Positions 57,300-64,000 of a stretch of 64,000 nucleotides of DNA are shown here, piece by piece. Under the pieces are notes generated by a model. The model searched no databases and was not told the DNA's origin. It saw only the letters and a list, made by a program, of their open reading frames with translations. The stretch is taken from positions 135,573 through 199,572 of the forward strand of contig CAYPSN010000001.1 in NCBI GenBank assembly GCA_964413715.1, written 5' to 3'. The DNA comes from an uncultured Candidatus Saccharibacteria bacterium (lineage in GTDB: Bacteria > Patescibacteriota > Saccharimonadia > CAILAD01 > JADZBC01). Within the stretch, counting starts at the first letter, position 1. Every line of letters starts with the position of its first letter. Both the position numbers and the translations under genes were made by a program.

Positions 57300-57488
57300 T
57301 ATTCAGCAGCCAGTTGTCTATTTTTGTTTTTGTTTTTCGAGTAGTAAGCCAACGAGAGAGGTGTTGGCTTGTGTGGCAAGGACTTGTTTTGATTGAATAA
57401 GTCCTTGAAAAGTGTTTGTGAGGTGGAGTTTTGTTGGTACCTGGGGCAATGAAGCGTTCCCCACTGTTCGCTTACTGACTGCCGAATA
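57300..57488 (-). other. Multi-branch structured intercistronic RNA (mraZ-rsmH)
   Basis: 15-bp closing stem with G-U pairs enclosing three hairpins. Confidence 0.55.
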
Positions 57489-57560
57489 GCTAACTTTGAT
57501 TTTTGTATTTGTTTTTGTAAAAGTACTGTTTCTAGTCAGGCTAGAAACCCCTCAGCTGCC

Positions 57561-57911
57561 TTACGCTGCGCTTATGCGCCAGTATTTACCAGCGCGCACC
57601 GCTACGACATCACGCTTGATGCCGGCGTAAGCCAAGTGATGAGCTTCTAAAATAACTCTCCCCTGTTTGTTGTCCAGGCTTGCTACCACTTTGCCAGTTC
57701 GAAACTTTACGTTTAAATCAGCTACGTGCTCGTCAAGGATGTTGCCTTGCAATGCTGATTCCATTTCGTTGTCCCAAACTTCTTTCGAGTAAAGGTGCAG
57801 GTAATTTTTAAAACCTTGGGTAATAACAACTTCACTTCCGAATTCCTCGTGCAATTCTTTCGGTATGGTTAACCGATTCTTTTCATCTAGTTTGCGTTGG
57901 AAGAAATCCAT
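57561..57911 (-). CDS. mraZ: MraZ transcriptional regulator
   Basis: LDEKNRL.IP and LD.KQGRV.L AbrB-type repeats; first gene of dcw. Confidence 0.85.
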   Translation of the reverse strand: MDFFQRKLDEKNRLTIPKELHEEFGSEVVITQGFKNYLHLYSKEVWDNEMESALQGNILDEHVADLNVKFRTGKVVASLDNKQGRVILEAHHLAYAGIKRDVVAVRAGKYWRISAA

Positions 57912-57930
57912 TGGTGTTTGTTTTTCCTTA

Positions 57931-57976
57931 CCCACTTTTACCCACTACAGCTATTATACGCCGCTGCTCTACCCAC
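57931..57976 (-). promoter_or_regulatory. dcw promoter with MraZ boxes
   Basis: GTGGG repeats 10 bp apart (57931, 57941) plus one at 57972, flanking TATAAT. Confidence 0.7.
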
Positions 57977-58123
57977 TGTAAATAGGTTTGAGCCTAATTT
58001 CTTACGATTCGCCTAGAGTGTTTCAGGTTTTTATTAAAGCCAAAACGTCACTATACCGAACACACCATGAACAAATAATTTGTACAATTTCCCTAATGCG
58101 CTTCGAGTCCGTATAATGCAGAT

Positions 58124-58615
58124 ATGAGAAGAAAAAGAATCGACAGTGACTACGTACGCAGCTCGTTTTTCGGGATTGAAGATAGTTTAGTTTCGACTAC
58201 AGGGCTCATAGCAGGGGTAGCCGTCGGCTCACAGAATGCCAAATACGTCATCTTAGCTGGGCTCGTAGGCATTGCTGTAGAAGCCGTTTCTATGGGGGCC
58301 GGAGAATTTTTGGCCGAAGAAACCGAGCACGACTTGGTTAAAAACGACAAAGCCAATCCCCTATTAGGCGGAATCATCATGCTCATTAGCTACGCACTTG
58401 CCGGCCTGGTGCCCCTTCTACCTATTATTCTAATTGGTGGCAAAGAGGCATTACCCGTCAGCATAGTGGCAGCGCTCATTGGCCTCTTCTTGCTCGGTCT
58501 TGCCAAGGGCAAGATTACTGGTCGCAAAGCCCTTCGCAGCGGCCTAGAAGTACTCATAATCGGCGGCATTGCGGCTGGGATCGGCATTGCCGTAGGTGTA
58601 ACCCTTAAGATCTAG
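58124..58615 (+). CDS. VIT1/CCC1 family transporter
   Basis: FG..D.LVS, AVSMGAGEFL, PLLP. Confidence 0.88.
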   Translation: MRRKRIDSDYVRSSFFGIEDSLVSTTGLIAGVAVGSQNAKYVILAGLVGIAVEAVSMGAGEFLAEETEHDLVKNDKANPLLGGIIMLISYALAGLVPLLPIILIGGKEALPVSIVAALIGLFLLGLAKGKITGRKALRSGLEVLIIGGIAAGIGIAVGVTLKI

Positions 58616-58679
58616 GCATAGTAATTATTGACTATTCATCATTTTTATGCTAATGTAGCATAATTCGCCATCGCGGACC

Positions 58680-59267
58680 TTGGCTACGAAGGACTCGTGG
58701 CAAGAACCTACGGAATCGAGATACATCATGTTCAGTGGACTCACCGACGGAACGTGCGAAGCGGCAGTCGAGCTGATCAAGCCCGTTCTGGAACTCGGGG
58801 CGTTCAAGCGCACCGACGGCCAGCTCATCGTGCTGGACCCCAGCCGCCCCTACACCAAGGACTTCGAGGATCTGGAGAGAGAGATCGCCGCAGGAGACGA
58901 AGAGGCTCTGCGCAAGTTCTGGCTCGAGGTGGTACTCAACGAGTGGGACTTCGGCGACAAGGCCAACTGGGAACACCCCTACGACTTCGTGGCCGCCTCC
59001 AAGGCCTTCATCTCGTGGCGAACCGGCCTGCCCAGCCACATGGTGCAGCAGCTCTACCCGTACCTGTACAAGCAGGGTGACACCAAGTGGGGTGGCAGCA
59101 CTGTCCTCCCCGGTGGCCTCGTGATCGCCTTCTCGGGCGTCGAGTGGTACTACGACCAGATGATCGCCGAGATGATGGGTTCCGCTATCAAGGCGGTCTG
59201 CCTCGCCGGCATGAAGCCGGTGCTGGCAGACGACAGCATCACCTTCCTCGGTGACCATCTCGGCTGA
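58680..59267 (+). CDS. Orphan protein (GC-rich unit; start uncertain, alternative ATG 58728)
   Basis: TTGACT-17-TAATGT at 58628-58656; strong GC3 bias in this frame. Confidence 0.7.
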   Translation: MATKDSWQEPTESRYIMFSGLTDGTCEAAVELIKPVLELGAFKRTDGQLIVLDPSRPYTKDFEDLEREIAAGDEEALRKFWLEVVLNEWDFGDKANWEHPYDFVAASKAFISWRTGLPSHMVQQLYPYLYKQGDTKWGGSTVLPGGLVIAFSGVEWYYDQMIAEMMGSAIKAVCLAGMKPVLADDSITFLGDHLG

Positions 59268-59288
59268 ACTGCCAGGGCCCTACACCAA

Positions 59289-59335
59289 GAGCCCCGAATG
59301 AGAGCCTTAACGCTCCATCCGGGGCTCTCATTCGT
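59289..59335 (+). repeat. Family-A hairpin repeat, copy 5 (39 nt)
   Basis: GAGCCCCG...GAGC..GCTC...CGGGGCTC-TCATTCGT. Confidence 0.8.
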
Positions 59336-59343
59336 TTAGTCAG

Positions 59344-60702
59344 CTAATTCTCTAGCTTGGCCTTTAGGTAAGCCGGCAGCTCTTCAATCTTAATCCGCTC
59401 TTGCGCCATGGTGTCTCGATCGCGCACCGTCACAGCCTTGTCTTCTAAGCTATCAAAGTCGACCGTTACGCAGTATGGTGTACCAATCTCGTCCTGGCGA
59501 CGGTAGCGGCGGCCAATTGACTGTGTTTCGTCATACTCTAGGCTATATTCGCCGCCTAATGAAGTATAGACTTCCTGGGCAAGACCACTGAGTTCTGGTT
59601 TTTTGCTAAGTGGCAAAATCGCCACCTTAATTGGAGCTAAATCTTTATGAAAACGCATTACAACGCGCTTTTCGCCTTTTACATCCTCTTCGTCGTAGGC
59701 GTCGAGCAGAGCCTGCATAAAGAGTCGGTCAGCACCCACAGAAGTTTCCACTACCCACGGTATTACATGCTCGCCCTTTGATTCATCAAAGTATGTGAGC
59801 TCTTTGCCAGAGTATTTACTATGCCGCGACAGATCCCAATCGCCACGGTTATGAATACCTTCAACTTCCTTAAAGCCAAATGGAAAGTCGTACTCGATAT
59901 CCCAAGCTTCTTTGGCATAGTGAGCTCGCTCATGCGGGCCGTGTTCGCGAAAACGCAGTTTCGTTTTGGTGAAGTAACGTTGGTGCCAAGCCATGCGTCG
60001 CTCTTTCCAATCAGCATAAATATCACCCGCTTGCTCCGGCAACACAAACATCTGCATTTCCATCTGCTCGAACTCCCGCTGGCGGAACAGAAAGTCTCCT
60101 GGCGTTATTTCATTTCGAAACGCCTTACCAATTTGCGCGATACCAAATGGCAACTTCTTGCGAGCTGTATCAACCACATTGGCGAAGTTTGTGTAAATCC
60201 CCTGACACGTCTCACCACGCAGGTAGGCAATTGCCTTATCGCCCTCTACCGCCCCTAGCGAGGTCTGCATGAGTAAATTAAACTCACGTGGGTCAGTCCA
60301 GTCTTCGCCGCCACAGTTTGGACACTTCAGCCCTTTGAGTCCAGCAATTAGCTCATCGTAGTCGGTACTATCAATATCGACCAGCTTATCTGCCCGAAAG
60401 CGCTTCTTGCAGACTTTGCAGTCTACCATTGGGTCACTAAAGCGTTCGGTGTGCCCACTGGCCTCCCATACTCGTGGGTTTTGGATGATTGCGCTATCTA
60501 AGCCAACAATATTCGGGTTACTATTTACCATGGCCTGCCACCACGCGCGCTTCAGGTTGTTTTTGAGCTCTACGCCGTAGGGACCGTAGTCGTAAAATCC
60601 AGCAATACCACCGTAAATTTCACTTGCTTGAAACACAAAGCCGCGCCGCTTGGCATAGCTTACTAACTCTTCCATTGATAAGGTTGGTTTGTTTTGACTC
60701 AT
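59344..60702 (-). CDS. glyQS: Glycyl-tRNA synthetase (homodimeric type)
   Basis: KRRGF....EIYGG, LR.ET.QG, FRNEITP, REFEQME, IGRRYRRQDEIGTP. Confidence 0.95.
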   Translation of the reverse strand: MSQNKPTLSMEELVSYAKRRGFVFQASEIYGGIAGFYDYGPYGVELKNNLKRAWWQAMVNSNPNIVGLDSAIIQNPRVWEASGHTERFSDPMVDCKVCKKRFRADKLVDIDSTDYDELIAGLKGLKCPNCGGEDWTDPREFNLLMQTSLGAVEGDKAIAYLRGETCQGIYTNFANVVDTARKKLPFGIAQIGKAFRNEITPGDFLFRQREFEQMEMQMFVLPEQAGDIYADWKERRMAWHQRYFTKTKLRFREHGPHERAHYAKEAWDIEYDFPFGFKEVEGIHNRGDWDLSRHSKYSGKELTYFDESKGEHVIPWVVETSVGADRLFMQALLDAYDEEDVKGEKRVVMRFHKDLAPIKVAILPLSKKPELSGLAQEVYTSLGGEYSLEYDETQSIGRRYRRQDEIGTPYCVTVDFDSLEDKAVTVRDRDTMAQERIKIEELPAYLKAKLEN

Positions 60703-60739
60703 AGGCCATATTATACCTTAAAGCCCAACGAGAGTGAAT

Positions 60740-61447
60740 TCAGGCCAGTATCTGCTCTGAACGAAACCGTACGCCGAATTGATAATCATAAAAGCGCTCA
60801 GCCGTAGATTGTGCTTCGAGGGCTAAGTCTACCGCATTCACCACCCTCGCAACTTGGCTCAATGGGTTGCTAAAAATTAAACGCCACAGCTTCAGCTGAT
60901 CGGGCGACATCTTCGCGCTCGCCTCGTCAGTCGGCTGAACGCTTAATTGACCAGACTGCAAAAGCAAATAATAGGCAGTTGTACCGTGATCTGTAGTCAG
61001 CTCGGGGCGATGCCCCATTGGTTGCAGTAAGCGTACGTAAAAATAATGACGAACAAGCTGCGGATCCAGGCCGTTCTGGAGGCCGCTTAAACATTCCAGG
61101 AGCAAATCAAAGACTTCGGGTTGCGGCTCGTCTTCGGGCAAGATTTTATCGCATATTTCTAATAGTAAGTGCGCCAAAGCAAGTTTGCCCAAATCGCCAT
61201 CTGCGGGGTTAAAATACTGCTTGCCCTGAGCCGACGTAATGACGTCTAAGTTTCTGCCCTTTGCCATACGTACATCCGAAACGACGAAGGGTTCTAGGTG
61301 GCCAGCAAGTTTGCTCCGACCTCTTCGTACCCCCTTTGCCACAGCGCGAATCTTACCTAAATCAGGCGACAGAAGTGTGAGAATACGGTCAGCTTCGCCG
61401 AGGCTGTGTCGCCTGAGAAGGATTGCCTCTGTTTTGTAATACGCCAT
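60740..61447 (-). CDS. recO: DNA repair protein RecO
   Basis: GEADRIL..L....GKI.AVAKGVR...SKL.GHLEPF. Confidence 0.92.
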   Translation of the reverse strand: MAYYKTEAILLRRHSLGEADRILTLLSPDLGKIRAVAKGVRRGRSKLAGHLEPFVVSDVRMAKGRNLDVITSAQGKQYFNPADGDLGKLALAHLLLEICDKILPEDEPQPEVFDLLLECLSGLQNGLDPQLVRHYFYVRLLQPMGHRPELTTDHGTTAYYLLLQSGQLSVQPTDEASAKMSPDQLKLWRLIFSNPLSQVARVVNAVDLALEAQSTAERFYDYQFGVRFRSEQILA

Positions 61448-61456
61448 GGTCCCCTC

Positions 61457-61840
61457 CTAAGAAACTGCAGAGGTGACTTCTTTTAGGACGTGTTCTGGCG
61501 TGACCTTTGACTTGACCAGATACGCTACCACGCCCAGGGCATCGGCAACTTCGTCGTCCATATCTACTTCGGAGCCAGTTAAGTTTGTCAGAATAATAAC
61601 CGGGCAATGCATCGTATCAGGATTCTTACGCAGCTCCTTGAGCACAGCTAAGCCATTTACCTTTGGCAACAAGATGTCGAGCAGCACAACATCAGGAGTA
61701 TGCTCAGCCACTACCTGCTTGGCTTCATGGGCATCATGCGCCAACAGCACTTCATAGCCAGCTAGCTCCAGCTTCAGCTTATACATACGCGCCAAAAGCT
61801 GATCGTCTTCGATCATGAGAATTTTCTTCTTTCTAGCCAT
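61457..61840 (-). CDS. Single-domain response regulator
   Basis: IEDD, LLDILLP, ILTNL, YLVK. Confidence 0.9.
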   Translation of the reverse strand: MARKKKILMIEDDQLLARMYKLKLELAGYEVLLAHDAHEAKQVVAEHTPDVVLLDILLPKVNGLAVLKELRKNPDTMHCPVIILTNLTGSEVDMDDEVADALGVVAYLVKSKVTPEHVLKEVTSAVS

Positions 61841-61866
61841 ACCCCTCCCGACTTCTTATGCTTAGC

Positions 61867-62577
61867 TTAGCGCAGTTCAGCGCTAACATCAACCAAGCTC
61901 ATCTGCTGGATGATTGCCAAGTGTAGATGAACGCTCCTGCGCCGCACATGCTGGCGAGTCACCATACGCGCGCCAGCACTTCGTAGCAACACAAAGCCTG
62001 TGGCGAGCGACATAAACTCGCCAGGCGCCAAAGGATACCGATCAGACCCCAGGCGCGTCAATTGGCAGAGGTATTCATACTGTTCTCGATTAACTCTCTG
62101 CCAATCCAAGTGCACAATCAGATCCGTCTTGCGCTGCTCAAAACGCACCACAACCCGCCGTGCATTCGGCTGCGTAAACTGCCGAACCATCAGTAGTAGT
62201 CCCTCGCTCAGAGCATCATAGCCCACCATGACCAGCGGCAACGGTCGCTTGCGCAAACCTACAAATCGTATGCCCGTTGCTGCAGACAAGCGGGCGAACA
62301 ATTCGTCCAGACGCCCCGGCGATAACTCAGCGGATGCATTGTAGTGTTTTTGCGCCAGCGCAATGCTCCGCATTACATGCTGCGCACGCTCAGCAGCAGT
62401 TTGCGCATCCCGTATGATTGTCGGGTGCAGCTTGCGATAGCTGGTGTCACCAAGCATGTCAAGATAGCCATGAATAGCACTCAGTGGACTTTGTGCGTAA
62501 TGGCTCATCCAATGCAAATAACCTCCATACGATGCGGTGGAGGTTATTGCTATTTTGTTCACCCTGCCCTGCTTCAT
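61867..62577 (-). CDS. Degenerate histidine-kinase-like protein
   Basis: H-box-like SHYAQSPLSAIHGYLDML; no N/G boxes. Confidence 0.6.
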   Translation of the reverse strand: MKQGRVNKIAITSTASYGGYLHWMSHYAQSPLSAIHGYLDMLGDTSYRKLHPTIIRDAQTAAERAQHVMRSIALAQKHYNASAELSPGRLDELFARLSAATGIRFVGLRKRPLPLVMVGYDALSEGLLLMVRQFTQPNARRVVVRFEQRKTDLIVHLDWQRVNREQYEYLCQLTRLGSDRYPLAPGEFMSLATGFVLLRSAGARMVTRQHVRRRSVHLHLAIIQQMSLVDVSAELR

Positions 62578-62626
62578 GCTTATACGCTACGTTCTTTACG
62601 GACGCGAGGCAAGCATAAGCGGAGTC

Positions 62627-63331
62627 TTACGGAATAAGCTTGGCAGTTTGAAGCATTTGATTGTAGGCGTCAGCATAGTTTTTGTTGTTGTCGGTCTGTA
62701 GAAGCATCGTCTTGTCACGCAATGGCACAATTGTGGCGGTACCAACTGCATCTTTTGCATCTTTATTGATTTTGCCAACATACTGATAGCCTTTTATACC
62801 TGATACTTCTACTTCTGTTCGCTTAGCGCCCTTATTGGCAAACTCATCGTATTCCTTTTTCATTGATTCAAACGACTTGTCTACTAGTGTAAAGCGTAAA
62901 GCATGCTCGTCGGCGATCTGGCTAACATAGTCTGGGTCAATCAAGCCATCAACCGGCTTTGAAGAAGTAGAATCGACCGAGAGGTTCCAGGCCTTAGGAA
63001 AGGTAATTTGAAAACTACCATTTACCACCGGCGCAGTGTAGGTTCTGGTGCTACTAATAGTGGCTTTATTATAAGCAACGGTGTCGGCCTCTTTCTGTGC
63101 CGCCTTACCATCGCTCACGCCTTCGTTGTAGCGCGCATCCAAAGCTGCCGAGGTAGTCGATGCCCCCGCTGCAAACACCAGAGTCGTGATAAGCAAAATA
63201 ACCGCGACGATACTTACGCCTATCAGCATAAGTTTGGTGCGTTTTAGTTTCTCGATCGACGGTTTACCCTGGGGCTCAACCGGCATTGGTTGAGGAACTG
63301 GGCCCATCATCATGGGGTCTTGTGGGGGCAT
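62627..63331 (-). CDS. Membrane-anchored hypothetical protein
   Basis: Pro-rich N-terminus, TM, F.ITFPK.W (PsbP-like). Confidence 0.7.
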   Translation of the reverse strand: MPPQDPMMMGPVPQPMPVEPQGKPSIEKLKRTKLMLIGVSIVAVILLITTLVFAAGASTTSAALDARYNEGVSDGKAAQKEADTVAYNKATISSTRTYTAPVVNGSFQITFPKAWNLSVDSTSSKPVDGLIDPDYVSQIADEHALRFTLVDKSFESMKKEYDEFANKGAKRTEVEVSGIKGYQYVGKINKDAKDAVGTATIVPLRDKTMLLQTDNNKNYADAYNQMLQTAKLIP

Positions 63332-63337
63332 ATTCTC

Positions 63338-63862
63338 CTAGCCTTTCTTTAATGTATCCTGGCCAGGCTCCCAATCCACCGGGCAGAGTCCGCCAGTCTG
63401 CAACGCTTTAACTACTCGCAAAGTCTCTTCGACACTACGACCAACATTTCCATCTGAAACTACGATGTAGCGCAAGTTCCCTTCTGGATCAACGATGAAG
63501 GTTCCGCGCTCAGCTGTACCGTCGCTTTCATTCAGCACTTCGTAGTCACGTGCCAATGTATGGGCCGTGTCGGCTAGTATCGGGAATTTCACCTCGGCTA
63601 GGTCTCTCTCGAACCAAGCCTTGTGTGAGTGAACACTATCAGTCGATGCTGCAAGTACTACCGTGTCGACTTTTTCAAATTCCTTTTCAGCTTTAGCAAA
63701 ACCTTTGATCTCAGTTGGGCAAACAAAGGTAAAGTCTCTTGGGTAAAAGAACAATACTACCCACTTCCCCTTATAGTCGTTAAGACTAATTTCGGTAAAG
63801 TCCTTGCCCGAAACGTAGGCTGGTTGTTTAAATTCTGGTGCTGGTTGATTTAGTTTTAACAT
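63338..63862 (-). CDS. ahpC: 2-Cys peroxiredoxin
   Basis: FYP.DFTFVCPTE, GRSVEE.LR, CPVDW. Confidence 0.93.
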   Translation of the reverse strand: MLKLNQPAPEFKQPAYVSGKDFTEISLNDYKGKWVVLFFYPRDFTFVCPTEIKGFAKAEKEFEKVDTVVLAASTDSVHSHKAWFERDLAEVKFPILADTAHTLARDYEVLNESDGTAERGTFIVDPEGNLRYIVVSDGNVGRSVEETLRVVKALQTGGLCPVDWEPGQDTLKKG

Positions 63863-63879
63863 ATTACAACTCCTTTCTT

Positions 63880-64000
63880 TTAAGCTTCGTGGTGAGCCAC
63901 GCGTTTATTTATTTCTTCCCAGTCAATGGCCGCCATGAACTTGGTAACGTATTCTTTGCGAGCTGTACCGTAATCTAAAAAATACGCATGTTCATACACG
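63880..64000 (-). CDS. Fe/Mn superoxide dismutase, C-terminal end (partial)
   Basis: VYEHAYFLDYG...YV..F...IDW. Confidence 0.85.
   Translation of the reverse strand, partial: VYEHAYFLDYGTARKEYVTKFMAAIDWEEINKRVAHHEA

Noticed and set aside
1-64000. Alternative genetic code (TGA read as Gly)
   Set aside because: Core genes are full length under code 11, and TGA ends several of them (scpA, scpB, der, recO).

Overview
This 64-kb window is bacterial chromosome in the standard genetic code. It is most likely Patescibacteria (CPR, Saccharibacteria-like), inferred from gene content only: tandem-domain ThyX, short AspS, homodimeric GlyRS, a sigma4/HARE-HTH gene beside a VirB4/TraD-like ATPase, a prepilin-type protein and a sortase/LPNTG cluster. 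From about 33 to 64 kb it is mostly housekeeping: a two-component pair, aspS-scpAB-rluB-dac-der-pth, dprA-topA, the dcw cluster mraZ..ftsQ, glyQS, recO, ahpC and sod. From about 0 to 27 kb it is a mosaic in which moderate-GC host genes alternate with visibly GC-rich, mostly orphan 1-2-gene units. There are about 20 such units in the window, three of them beyond 27 kb. Most units have an AT-rich canonical sigma70 promoter (TTGAC[A/T]-16/17-TAnnnT) and a strong Shine-Dalgarno, and they end in a long 3' hairpin that often finishes in TTTCG. The hairpins fall into repeated families; one is a fixed 37-nt GAGCCCCG...CGGGGCTC stem with compensatory changes. One unit sits between dprA and topA. Many host genes look leaderless by contrast. 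Also seen: two candidate stand-alone structured ncRNAs, a SAM-I riboswitch, a Tyr/Phe leader-peptide attenuator, a structured RNA and a 20-aa micro-ORF inside the dcw operon, and a dif-like site. No rRNA, tRNA, CRISPR array, integrase or transposase was recognised. All calls are by eye, without database searches.
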